Source: Paramecium tetraurelia (lineage: Eukaryota). From it: 64,000 nt of DNA. Position numbers and translations under genes: made by a program. Below the pieces are notes generated by a model. It worked only from the letters and a program-made list of their open reading frames with translations, was not told where the DNA came from and did no database searches. This document shows positions 1 to 13,700 of this stretch, piece by piece (within the stretch, counting starts at the first letter, position 1; every line of letters starts with the position of its first letter). Location: contig CT868070.1 in assembly GCA_000165425.1 (NCBI GenBank), positions 1 to 64,000 of the forward strand. Direction: 5' to 3'.

Positions 1-3000
1 CACAAATGTGTTGTATCAATCACTGTAATTAGACCAATTATAGTACTTATGTCTGGTTTACACAAGTAAATTGTTTCAGTCTCAAATGGTTGCGAATATT
101 TATTGTTTAATTGTGCTTACTGTTTCTAAAGTATATGTTTATTTTGTTTTCCTGGATATTATAATGAATTAGCTTCTGGCTAATGCATTGCATGTCCATA
201 AGAGCTGAATTGTTATAAATGTGAATAGCGATCAAAGTAATGGAAGAATGGTTGGAAAATTTGGTCTTAAATAGATGTCTTTCATGGATTTTAATTAAAC
301 TTTTAAAAAATTACCTTGAAACTTTAAGCGCTAAAATTAAATGTAATTATCATTCTTTTGATTTTTTGACTATGGTTCAACAATTAAATTGCATAAGCAT
401 TTTTAATGCAAATAATTATTAGTGCCTCAAAAATAGCAAGAATAGTTCTTTTAATTAAAATTTGCAATCCAATAGTTGAGCAAATGCAAACTGTATTTTT
501 ATTCTAGTTTTATCAAATTAAATTCTTCATTAACTAGTGTTTTTTATCTAACTTCATTTAAGATTGTTCTATAGAGCTACACTCTTACATTTTCACTACT
601 TTAACCTAAAACATCTATTTGTCACTACATGTAAATTACTTTAATTGGTAATGGTTACACATTATTCCTTAACTCTAATCTAGAAATACTGAATTTCAAA
701 TCTATTTCAATATAAAATATAGTAATTTAGCCTTAATCAAATGTGAACATTCATTTATAATCTTTAAGTGCTTTAAAAGTATTATTTAATTCAGTAGTTT
801 TAAAATCCTATAACCTTTTATTATTTTATCAATAAATCTTTAGGAATTATAGATCCAATAGTTATCTTTACAGAATTTTAATCTACAATCTGTCAATAGC
901 TTGTTTTACTTCGAACATACAGTTTAATAACAATATATTGACATTAATATTGATATATTTACTATTATAAATTCAATGATTCACAATTCAAATATAATCT
1001 TACTTGATAATTAGTTTTAAAAAACAACAAATTGTTACTTTAATAACATTCTAATCTCAAATTCCAATCTTTATTCTAGCTCATTTATGAAAATTAAAAA
1101 TAACTAATATCTAGTTATGTAAGGATCTATATCATAAATATCGATCGTTTTCTCCTTGTTATCTAATATTCAGCCTTTATTCTAGACTTTTTGTTATAAA
1201 AGTTTAATTATAAGCAGAATCTCTTTAACAAATTCAACATTCTAAAATTTCATTCTATTTTAAACAACAAATGAATAAATTAATAAGGACTATTAAATTT
1301 AGTTTTGTAGTTTAAAGAATAGCTCAATTATTAATTTTGTTTAAGATTACTAGTTTCAATCTATCATTTTTGAGAATATTGAAGTTAATTAGATTTAACA
1401 CGACGATAAAACAATTCTTATAAATTTAGTATCAAATGATTTGACTAGTACTGTTAAGATGTCAAATATTATTTTAGATACAATCACTCTTTATGATAAT
1501 ATTTAATTGGTTTCCAATTTATAGTCAATTTCCTCTATTATTCTAATATAATCCAACATAATTGAGATATCTGATATTAAGATCATCAGATCAATTGGTA
1601 TTACAGAATTTTTACTATCTTCAGCCATTAACTTAGTACTTTCAAATTTTACTATTTCATTAAACTCAAAGTACTTCTTTAAGAGCATTATTGCAGATGA
1701 ATAATGTTCATGACTTAATCCATATTCGAAATATACATCTACTTTGATCATTTAAGAGGCATAAGATATTAAAATATAAAACTTTTATGTATCTAATCTT
1801 ATTCTTTTGGATTTCCCTATGATCTACATAATCTCTATTGCAACCTAAATTATTAGAAGATCTGAATCTATTGTTATAGATTCCATGAATTTAGATAATT
1901 GCATCATCTAAGAGAGTTAGACTATTAATTAGATATCTGGAATTCTTATATGATCAGAATAATAATGAGATATCTAAATTCTAAATTCTAAATTTAATAA
2001 TAACATTTTACTATTCATACTATGAAGGATCTGAGTCTGACTCAGCTTTAATATTCTATATAATTGCATAAGATTCGAAAATATAGTTGATCAATTGCTA
2101 GTTTAACCAAAATTATGTCTCTTAAAGTGAAAATAGTTTATTATATATAAGTGCTGAATAAGTTAATCTAATTGATTCATCTTTTGTTTCAACTAATTAC
2201 ATCTTTGATAGCCTTTTGAAGCACATAAATTGGAAATACCAACCGTTTTATTTAACATTGGAATAAATCAAAAGTTAATATTAAGTACTATCTAAGAGTG
2301 GTAATGGTTAACTTATATCCTCCTCAGTATAATTTAGAAAAATAAATATTGAAGATAGTTTTTCAACTTCCGCGGGATGTTTTAAAATTACATTACACAA
2401 TGAAGGGTAGTTGTCTGTCAGAAATTCTGTATTCAAAAATATCTACACTAAAATATCTGAAGAATAATCATTTTGTGGTTGCCTGTATATTATTGATAAA
2501 AGCATTAATATCTAAATTGATATATTAGATTCTATTTATAATACAATTATTGGAACTGCTGAAGGTGGTGTTATTTATCTCAAGACAATTGCTTAATAAG
2601 TTAACTTTAACTTCACTAATGTGACATTTTAGGATGTCTTTTCAAATGATTGTAATATTGCCAAACTTAATTTCATAAGCTTTAATCAATTACTCTATAT
2701 ATAGAATTGCAGAATTTTATAAACGATATAGGGTTATTCCAAATTTAGGTCTTTGTTTAGTCCACTTCAAAAACATGAAACTACAATGATTTCAATATAG
2801 TGAGGTTATCTTGTTTTTCGAGATAAAAGCAAAATCAGTTTGACATCAATCGAAATAGACTATTCTTATTATTATCAGAATTCTATAATTTAAATTAGAT
2901 TTTCAGAAGGTATTATAATAATATTATTTTTAATAGATTAACAATGCAAAATTGAAATTACAGGTCTTAAAATCAAAAACTTTAAATGGTACAAAGATGA

Positions 3001-6000
3001 TTCAAAATTGGTAGCAATCTAAATTAAGGAAGCAATTGATGATTAGTTAATACTGTCATAAAGCTGTCAAAACGAATACATATTAAAATTGAAGAACTCG
3101 ACTTATGAATTAATAAATTTATCAGATTTTATTATATGAACCCTAAAATTAGATTGAAAATTTAGTTTAAATAATTAATGTAAAAAATACAGATTCAATA
3201 TCAATTAAATCAAGCTAATTTTTAAATAATTAGTGCCTATTGTGTTAATAAGTACTTATTTTAATTAAATTAATTGAGTTGCAATCGGACAATATTATTT
3301 TATCAAAACATATGGTTAATGGATAATTAATGTGGTTAAAATGGATGTTTATGCATCGTTTAAGAGTTTCAAAGCTAAGATCAAAAGCAAATGTCTAAGT
3401 TAACACTTGACACTATGTTTTGTTATAGAAATTAAGCAAAGAAAGGAGGATGCATAGTTAGCCAATAGATTGGTCTTTAAATAACAAATAGTATTTTAAG
3501 TGAAAAACTCACAGAATAAGGAGAAAGTATTTATTATGATGGAGAAATTACAAATCTTTTATTTCAAAATAATCTTATAGTGTCAAATACAGCATAAGAA
3601 GGAGGTGCAATATATCTAGGCAGCCAAAGTTTACCTGAATTAAATAAAACAGTAAACTATTTGAGTAATAATACTGCACATAGATATGGTAATATTAGTT
3701 CATCTCACTCAACTTAACTTACAATATATACAAAAATTTGTAGTTTTAAACTTTAGTATATTAATGCTTACTTAACTAATTAATCCAATCCATCAGAATT
3801 ATTAGTCTTAAAATTGCCGAGTGGTTAATAAATTTAGACGTATTAGTATATTGATATCGATAAATAAAAATACTAGCATTAACAAATAAAATTCAGAGTT
3901 TTAGCTTTAAACGCTTATCACGAATAACAATTTCATCTTAATAATAGTGAATGTTTAATTTAAAGTGGCCTCCAGTAAGGTTCCTAAGAAACCGTTTTTA
4001 CAAATAATATACAAATTATAATCGAAAAGTGTTTGATGAAGAAACTTAAGATTATAATTTAGATGATTTAATTATTTTTTACGGAACTGAGAATAATGAA
4101 AAGTTGTAATAGTGTCTAAATCCCCAAATATGAAGATACTTTTCCTTATTAGATAATGGATTACAACTCTAAATATTAATTAATTTTATACATTCAAACA
4201 TATCCATGTGAATTGGGAGAATATAAGAACCTCACTGATAATGCTTGTTATTTATGTGACATTAACAAGAAATAATATTCAGTAACTATCAATGCAACAA
4301 CCTGTTAATTTATGGATGAAGATACAATAGTTTCAATAACACCTGCCTAACTTTATTTAAAGCTAGATATTGGAATAGTGAAATTATTGAGCATTGTTAA
4401 AATAGAATAGAGAACTGTTTAGGTGGATGGAAATAAGGAACGAGACTTGTGAAATTGGCTAATTAGGAGCTTGTTGTGAAGCATGTGATAATACAATACC
4501 GAGGAAATGTTTAATATAGCCTTAAGAAATTGTATTAATGTTAAAAACGAGAGGATTTGGATGAATAAATTATTTATATCATATTGATAATCTTATGGTA
4601 TTTTATACTTATTTAATTTTAAGAATTTGTTTTCTATCTATTTATCAACAAATGGAGTTGAGAAATTGATATTAGAATTATAGAAAAATAAAGTAGGATC
4701 AAGACAATTAATAATTAACAATAATAACCAAACTGGTCCACTTATGAAAATGCTTACAAATTATTTACAAATCTTGGCCAACATAATACATTTTAATGTT
4801 GAAATTCCATAAGCATTTAAGGATTATAATAATATTACTGGGAACTCTTAAACAATGTTATTAGTAACCACGGATTACTTTTTAGCTGAGAATTTTCATG
4901 AGGGAATTATTTATGTGAAAATGATTTATAGTATCATTTGTCCACTGTTTTATGGATGGATCTTCCTATTTATATCTGATTAAATAAATAATTTATAAAC
5001 ATTATACTTCTTATTGAGAGTCCTAAATAAGATCATTTATAATGAAGCAGTACCAACTTCTTGTGATTTATATTTATTTTGTAATTATAGGTGATATAAT
5101 TATTGATATCTTCATTATCATTTAGAACATTATCCGGCATAAAATGGATCCAGTGTGATTTGGCTTATTAATTTGATACACCACTTCATCAATAATGGAT
5201 CCCTTATCTAACCTTACTAATAATCATTACTGGATCTATTGTACCAGGAATATTTATAATATACTTAACCAAATTTAGAAATACCCTTTAAAAATATGAT
5301 GTGAGAAGATAATGGGGATACTTATATTTAGAATATTAACCTAAAGCCTATTATTGGGAAATAATTAGGATTGTCAATAGAGAGTTGATAATGATTGCCA
5401 TTACATTCTACTAAGATAATATTGTCATTAAGTGCACTCTTTTATTTATTGTATAATTTACCTATTTATTTATAAACTAAATAGTTTTGCCTTTTCAGAC
5501 AAAAAATTTAAATTAATTAGAATAAAATAGTACTTTGTTATGCATTTTTACCTTATTTGCAGTTCTTTCATTATCATTAACAAGTAGTTTTTCTACTATT
5601 GTTATATTATCTATCATTATAACAAATATTTATTTATTAATTACCTTTATATAAAGTTTAATAAATGGATATTTATAATCAACGGAGGAGTTAATGGACA
5701 AGATCAAGGATATTATTAGAGAAAAACTTAGAACAAAATTACAATAATATCCATCTTTGAATAGTTGGCTTGTAAATAAAGGTTAGAGGAGAAAAATCGT
5801 GATTGAAAGATATAAAAAAATAAGGAAACATCTTTTTGGAGTGATATAAAGACTCAGTAGAATAGAGAGATAGAAATGTAATTTATTAGATTTTTATCTA
5901 TTTCAGTTTCACAAATTTCTCCAAACTGCACTAATAGTGATTTACAAAAACCCAGAGATTTCACTTTAATATTGTTGAGACCATAATAGATTTTATTTAC

Positions 6001-6070
6001 AAGTAGTGAATACAACACTATCAATGACCCTTTCACTAATTTGATTAAGAAAATAAAATCTAAAGGATGA
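1..6070 (+). pseudogene. Gene A: 3' part (runs off window start) of a giant Cys-rich / beta-helix (GGAI-FxxN) / multi-TM surface protein gene; decayed inverted paralogue of gene B
   Basis: Ciliate-code translation gives Cys-rich repeats (1-260), GGVIYL/GGAIYL motifs (~2560, ~3601), a Cys-rich CLGGW..CEIGQLGACCEAC stretch, a TM region and C-terminus ...NDPFTNLIKKIKSKG-TGA (6068-6070). It aligns by eye to the reverse complement of 35706-~42250. Lesions: in-frame TGA at 1711, 1951, 1966; +1 T at ~2008; deletions versus B at ~270, ~2815, ~4100, ~4373. Confidence 0.85.
4973..5004. other. Candidate retained IES (TA-bounded 30-bp insertion)
   Basis: TA-tctgattaaataaataatttataaacat-TA is present in A and absent at the homologous site of B (~36765). 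Removal leaves one TA and restores the TM helix CPLFYGWIFLFIYFLLRV. Confidence 0.5.
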
Positions 6071-7479
6071 AAATTAATTTTAAATATATGAAGGATTTTT
6101 ATAAAATATTATAATATAATAAATTAAATATTATACATTTTCCCATGTTTTCAAATACAATTTATAATCCATTATTTTAATGACAATATGGGAATCAAAA
6201 TATTTTGAATTGTCATTTAATTTTTGTATTAGAAATTTAACAATAGACAAAGTATTATTAATATATTTCTTTTTTGTAATTAAATTAATGAAGCTTTATA
6301 TGCTTATCATTACAATTAATCATGAAGTTCGATAATTTTCAATCCGAATGTAAAATCACGCAGATGTGAACTAGCCAACCAGACAATTATAAATTTACAG
6401 ATAGCAACTCTCCAAAGAATTCTTTGGAGGAAGGTTTCGAATTGGTTTGAAAGTAATAAAGCTTCAAATATTTTGTGCTGCCTTAAATCTTCGATAAACC
6501 ACCCATAGAATTTATTAAATAACTGGGGAAAAAGCAATCAATTATTTATTCTATCAATCACAAGGACTAATAATTTAAAAATGTATTTTAACTTATACCT
6601 TTTACTTTATATTTTTTAGTACTATATCATTTACATTTGAGTTTGGAGAACAGATCTATTTAGCAATTAAGGTTTTAATTACATCACTTGTGTTACGTCT
6701 CATGATTTCACAAATTTAAAAATATATTTTTGGCAATTAAGAGAGAAGACAGATTGACATAGAAATTAAATGGCTAAAATGAATTCTTATATGAACAAAA
6801 ACAAGATAAGTTTGATTCTTTAGATGAAAATCAGGAAATATTTTGGTATTTCTTAACTTTAAATGAAAGTTCAGAATTGTTGAAGGATAATCTTAATGAT
6901 TATTTCAAATTGGAATTAAGAATAAGTTCCTCTAAGGCCTATTCCCACTAAAGAAATAAGAGAATTGGACCTTGAGTGGGTGCAATGACATCTAGAGAAG
7001 TCGTACAATAATAAGGGGAAAGAGGGTGGGGTTTAAAAATGATGGAGGCCCAAGACACAGTGGAACCTGGTTGCCAGAAGGAGATGTTGAATCGAATTGT
7101 GGTTAGGAAAGATTAAAATGACACATAAAACCATTCAGTTTTAAAATACTCATCCTGCTTAAATGAAATATTCTAATTGTAAAATCATTTTAATTATAAA
7201 TGAATATTGAACATATTTTATTAATTAGTGCATCTACTGAAAAAAATTATAAGGCATTTCTCTCCCTAACAAAACCATTTCATATCTTCTTTGATTTTAG
7301 GTTTTACAACTTTGGAGGCAGAGATAATTATAGATATTTTTATACATTATTAAATTAAGATAAGTATCTAAACAATACCGATTAATTGCCCATCGCATTC
7401 ACAATATAATAGCTAATAATGCTTCTAATATTTGTATAACTGAGGATGGAATCAGTAAACATATATACTCCTGAACTTT

Positions 7480-7720
7480 TTCACGTTTTTGATTGTAATA
7501 TAAGATTCCATACCCATCCTTTTTCAGCGTTTCCATATCTGGTTAATCAGCAATCCTCTTTTTACACCTGAAATTCGATTTAATTAATTTTAATTAATAC
7601 AATCAAGCAGCGGCGAATAAGAATTAGGAAATACAAAGAGAATACATGTTTTTATCTAGCTAATTTCTCTCTAATTTAATCTAAGATTTCTTCACTTTTA
7701 CTTTTTCCCTAGCAAAAAAT
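7480..7720 (-). pseudogene. Degenerate remnant of a K+ channel (CNBD/EAG-like) S5 region
   Basis: Nucleotide similarity to 20140-20350 in the same orientation, whose translation is channel-like; this copy is frameshifted. Confidence 0.35.
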
Positions 7721-7779
7721 GAATATTGTTTATATTGCTTCATTTTATTTTCGAACTATCATTGCAATCATATTAGGAT

Positions 7780-8290
7780 ATGAGAATTTGTTCCATAAAT
7801 CTTTTTTGAAATAATGACAGCATTAATTACATCATCTATTTTTTATTATAGCAAATTTTACATACAATATGATCAATATTTATTGATTATATAATCGTTA
7901 ATTTGTTATCTAATTTTGTAAAATTTACATATATGGCTTGGTTTTCTAATGGAGTAAATAATCAATTTAATGATCCTTTTTCAAAAATGAAAAATGCCAT
8001 CTATGAATTATAATATTCAAGAATTCTTATTCAGCTATGATTTTTACTCAGAGGGAATTATATTAATTATCATTCATTTTAGGAATTTTGGAATTATGTA
8101 AAAATAATTAAAACTTTTGTTATAGAATAACTTTTTTGATTGAATCTCTAACTGTGAAGCAACATACTTTTGTTAAAGATAAAGAGAAGTAGATATACGT
8201 ATTATTCAATATAAATATTGATTAGGTATCGAAAAGTAATAAGAAAATAATAGTCAATTAAACAATCAAAACGATATGAGATTGAGTAAT
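7780..8290 (+). repeat. Degenerate copy of the region upstream of C-type genes
   Basis: Resembles the reverse complement of 53930-54520 and 18880-19250 (e.g. tagcaaattttacata; tttgttaaagataaagaga; tgagattgagtaat). Confidence 0.6.
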
Positions 8291-8341
8291 TAAATTCTTA
8301 TCATCCTAAATTAATTAAAAAGTTTTTTTTTGTTATCATAA

Positions 8342-9580
8342 ATGCTTTGGATATTTTATATTTTAACATTAGCCTAATCAACATGTTAATACACCGATTT
8401 TGATTAATTCTAATTGCGTAGTGACAACTTTTATCTAGAAAAGAGTTATGTAAGAGGAAATACATATGCATTTGGTGTATGGACATAATATGCAGCTCTT
8501 AGAAAAAATTATCATAACTAAAACTCAAATGAGGATTTTGAAAGAACCCTTCCTTCTTCTTTTTTTCTTCTCCTTTCTTTTCCCTCTTTCTGTAGAATTC
8601 CCTCGTTCCTTTTAAGGTAGCCTCTTCGTACTACTCTTTTTCCTAGTCCTCTAAAGGGGTAAAATTCANNNNNNNNNNNNNNNNNNNNNNNNNNNNNNNN
8701 NNNNNNNNNNNNNNNNNNNNNNNNNNNNNNNNNNNNNNNNNNNNNNNNNNNNNNNNNNNNNNNNNNNNNNNNNNNNNNNNNNNNNNNNNNNNNNNNNNNN
8801 NNNNNNNNNNNNNNNNNNTTGTTAGGGTCTATTTTATGGTTACAAGAGGATACTATTATTATGAGGGATATTGGGGTTTTTACCTATTTTAGCTTTAACT
8901 ATGATAACAAATACAATTTTGCATCATATAATACTATGGATGGTCGTTTTTATAATCTCTTGGTCACAAATAGAAGATTGATAAAATAAACAACAAATGC
9001 TAAATTATAATATGGAGGTTAGGGATTATATGTCATAGGGGCTTATAAATTCAACCTAAATTCTTTTGTAGGGAGGATTTCAATAATTACAACATTTGAA
9101 AGTTCAATTACTTTTTTCTAAAATACGGATAAAGCAAAATTTATTTCGTTTGTTTCTTAATGCTCAGTGCCTCCAACCTGTCTAAATCCTGTTGAATTAC
9201 ATTTTTTTAATTAACCTTATAATTAACATAACTTGACCATTCGCAATTATCAAGTAGATATTAAAGGGGTAATCTGTATGTTTGATTTTTGGATAAAGAG
9301 AGATTCTTATAAAATAAAATCACAAGAAGAAATCATATTAACATTTGGAGGTCTTTTTTCAAATTTAGATATATATTACTAGTTATAATTGTTTTGGACA
9401 TTTTTAAACCATGATGCTATATTAAATCAGAGAGTGGAGATTTATAATTTAGTACCTGAAGATATGAAAACAACTAATATTTATTATGCAATCATATAAG
9501 TTGTAAAACCTATATAAAATTTTGAATAATGGAGCTACTTAAAATATTAATTTTGGAAAGTTCACAATTATCAATATATT
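8342..9580 (+). pseudogene. 5' fragment of a C/D-type giant surface protein gene (interrupted by gap 8669-8818)
   Basis: ATG at 8342 gives MLWIFYILTLAQSTCQYTDFDQFQLRSDNFYLEKSYVRGNTYAFGVWTQYA, matching the N-termini of C and D. Homology continues after the gap (YYYEGYWGF) and stops at ~9580. Confidence 0.8.
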
Positions 9581-10652
9581 CATCTTATTTTAGAGTATGG
9601 AAAAGAATACAGTCTGTGACTAAAAATTGACTATCTGTATAATAAAAGTCTGGATCAATCTAATTGTAGTTTAGAAATACACTCCATTTCCTAAACCACT
9701 TCTCCATGCTTAAAGAAGACAATACTATAAATCGACTATCTTTTACAAGAGAGTGCCAAAAGTAGGCAGAGCCTGTATATCAATTACAAAAACACTTGTT
9801 GTTATGTCTAGATTCTATGATAAAATAATGTTACATATTCATAATCAATCTTAACCCACGATTCTAGTTAAATTAATCCAAAATGATATATATAACTTGG
9901 TAATTAAAGAAGAATCATAAGAAGATGTTTAACAAAATGGTTTTGGGATAAATTATTATTCAACTAATATTTTAAATTCTTCAACTGTGTTAAAAATTAT
10001 ATTATTTGAATTGAAGTTAAACTCTACTTTCGAAAATCTGCCAGATTAATAACCTAATGGTTTTACTTGATCATTTTAATTTAATTATAACTGTAATTCT
10101 CCTCCTTGAGTAATTATTGTCTCCTTTATTTATAAATTAGTACTAGATTAATAGTTTATGATTTAGCAGTTATCGTTCCAAATATATCATAAATAATTAC
10201 TTATCTTTTATAAGAAAATTAATATGAAACATATATTTAAATCCATTTTTCATCATAATCGAATGCATCAAATACGAATTTCGCTATTTGAATCAATTAG
10301 TCTTCTGATTGATATTAGAAATATAAATATTTTTCCTAATTAACATTTCTGTTTTTCCAATCTTAATAAAAAATACTCTATATTTAGAAGTATCAGGGTT
10401 TATCTCCCTTAATATCAAGAGCCCTTCAACTTTAGCAGATGTTTTAGAGTTCAAAAATATTGTAGTCTGTATGGATAAATATTAGAACCAGAAGCCATAT
10501 CCATAGGCCGGATAATCTAAAAGTGACATCTTCGTTGTCTCAGTAATGCCATCTAGAAGGCATCCTTACAAAGTAGTTGTATTACACTGGATTGTAGGTC
10601 TAATTAATCCTATCAATAGGATGTTGGCTGCCCAAATGTAGAAATTAATCAT
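9580..10652 (-). pseudogene. 5' fragment (~1.07 kb) of a B-type giant surface protein gene
   Basis: ATG at 10652 gives MINFYIWAANILLIGLIRPTIQCNTTTLQGCLLDGITETTKMSLLDYPAYGYGFWFQYL. Collinear with B 43690-44762 and truncated at ~9580. Confidence 0.8.
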
Positions 10653-10721
10653 TCTATTAATATAAAAATTATGAAAATATATCTTAATCACTTGGAAATT
10701 TTCAATTTTTAATTCAAATCA

Positions 10722-13700
10722 TCAAAGTATATTCTAATTTTGAGAACTTTAATATTCTTTTTTAATTAATAATTATGTTTTAATTCTTGTTTTAAAAAAA
10801 GCTTTTATTAATTCAAATCACTTTTTTCTTAGTTTTATGGAGCCACTCGAATGAGCTTAAAACATATTATAACTTATAAATATTTAATTAAATTATCCTA
10901 AAGTTTCAAATACTTTACAACACATCCTTCTTATATATTTAGAATTCAATTTCCATAAATGAAGGATCATGAACACTCCACCCAAAATGAATATAGAATT
11001 AATGAAGATCAAAATTAAATTTTTATATATGGAATCTTAGTCCTATATTGAAAATAGTGAGTGCGATATTAGGATTATGATACTGATTATATTTAGCTAA
11101 ATTTCAAATCTATTCATTTACTTATGATAATAGATATTATTATCTTAACAGACTTTAGTATGTATGATTAATAGAGAATATGAGAATACTCCTTTTATTA
11201 CAGCATTTGCATCAATCATTATGATTATGCATATCAATCCATTTACCAATAAGAATTTATAAAATTCCCAATGTTGATAATTGTATGAGTAAGATGTAAA
11301 CCAGAATCCAAAGTCTTTAAAATGAATTGGCTTTGATAAAAATAAGGTTGACTTTGACTTTTTGTAATAATAAATAAGGTAAAACTATCCAAAGGCAAGT
11401 AACAGCGGGTAAAAATAAGAAAAATACTAATCTAAGATGATTTGTATTTTTGTAGTTATTTGAAATATTTTTGTAAATCCAATACATATCTTAAATATCT
11501 CTAAAAGCAATAAGTTGAACCATAGATCTTATAAAACTTCCAAAAATGATATATATTAGATATATGAAATTATATAATTCCATCATAGTGATTTTTGGTT
11601 TAGAGATAAAAGTCTTAGCAAAACAAAAACAAATAAAAAATAGCCATCAATATTATCATACATATCAAATTTTATAAGATTTATAAGTAAAGCACACTAA
11701 CTTCTAAGACTAATAATTGACATATATTAAATATTTCTAAAAATGTAAAAGGATCTCCTAAAAAATGAATTAATTATTAGACTTAATCAGAAAATACAGA
11801 AGATAACTCTTATGTGTAACTTATGATTTGAAAATAGAACAATATAATTTTTATGCTCTAACCAATAAGTGCTACCCCTAACTTAAAAATACCTTATCTA
11901 TAAGGTACTTTAAACTGGTTAATATTCAAACGAATAAATTAAAGTCTTTTTTCGACAAATAATTATTATAAGAAGGTAGGCACACAAATCTTAAATTAAC
12001 AACATTTTTACATTAAAATTGTGATCAATAAATTAAACAGCTATTGTTAATTATCATTTTAGCATATTTAACTAAAAAAATCCCTCTCTTTAGTAATTTC
12101 CTCCTCCTCTCTCATTATAATAATCACATTATTCACAAAGAGCCCCTATATAACCCTATTAGCATAGATCATTTCCAACTCCCCATCCTCCTATACAATT
12201 TTGCTGATTATTTAAGCACAAGTCAATGGTTGAAGTAGTCACCTTCATTCTCCAATAACCCTAGATATAAGAAGATGATTAGAATACCTATTTTAAGAAT
12301 ATTTAAGCTTAAGTTATTTCCTAAATCTTTTGACCATCTACAATTTGGCAACTAGTTGCTCCTACAATTACAGAGTATTATTTCTATCTACAATGCATTA
12401 GTGACAATAATCCTCTTTTGATTAACTATATTCTCCCATTTAACATTCATTAGGCTTAATCAATAAACTCAAAACATAGTTTTAGTGATATCTAATTTAA
12501 AATATAATTATACCCTTCTATTAAATGACTTATATTGTTGATTATTGGAATATAAATGCTATTACATTTAATAGTAAGTTCAAAGGTTTGATTTGAATCT
12601 GAAGGTATATAAAAGATTAAATCATCTAAATTATATGAAAATGTTGATTAATTAAAGATAATTTTATTTTTATTTAAAGATAAATTTTGTTCTTATCTAC
12701 TGTTCATATTATTTATTTGTAATTCACAATAGGTATTTGTAAGATTTCTAACCATTTCTAATTATGAATTATATGCACGTAATCTCATTTACATAGTTTT
12801 TTAATTATATCTATTCTTTTCTTTTTCAAATTTCATGTATTTTGATAATGGAATTCCAGTAGGTATATGAATAATTGATATTTATCCTGATTTACTAATG
12901 ATTTAAGACTTTTAACTATTTTTAGAATTTTATACAATAGTTGGTTTTATTATTTCGTCTTGAAAAATTTATAAATAGAGCTATTAAGGTTGCTCATCAA
13001 TTTGATTCAATCCATAATTGGCAATCAACTCGATTCCTTTAATATTTCTATTCAAGTTGTTTTCACTATAGATGCCACTTCCAAATTAAGCTGAATTATT
13101 TGTAATAACTACATTCTCTGAAATTAATGTTGAATTATTTCCTTTTGTAAAAATAGCTCCTCCATATACTGCCTTATTGCCAACTATCAAACTTCTTATA
13201 ATTGAAATGATTTAATTTTAAATAAACAAACAACCTCCGTATTAAGCTTAATTGTTGATGCATTACATATCCTCTATTCTGATAGCAGATTTAGCTTTAG
13301 AGAAATTAGAATCTTAACTTTAAAGAATATGGCTATCTTATGATATGAAAGAAATGCAACCTTTTTCTCCACAATACGAATTAGAAATAGCTATTTTTTA
13401 AATAATTATGGATGTTTTCGAGCACTTGCTGCACTTGTTATTTTACAGAATAATATCAGAAAGTTATATTTTTTGTTATTGATATTAATCTATAAATTAA
13501 AATGATATCATAGTTACTGTTGATGATTATATCTAAGAGAATAAAGTTTCTAAAAGTGTTATTTGATTAATATTAGAGAAACTCTCATTAAATTTAAAAA
13601 AGTTGAAGGAGCATCTATTAAATTATTATTACAAGATGTTTTTACGCTAATGTTTAAAATTTTTGCATTTCTTTTTGAAGGAATACTGTTTTCAGTAATA

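Noticed and set aside
1503..1751. 82-aa ORF duplicated at 40088-40336, suggestive of a small mobile gene
   Set aside because: It is the antisense shadow of genes A and B inside the near-identical tract.
6150..7400. Coding-like purine-rich sequence after gene A
   Set aside because: No consistent frame or motif found on either strand.
8546..8668. Pyrimidine-rich low-complexity stretch
   Set aside because: It abuts an N gap and breaks homology abruptly; typical low-quality read end.
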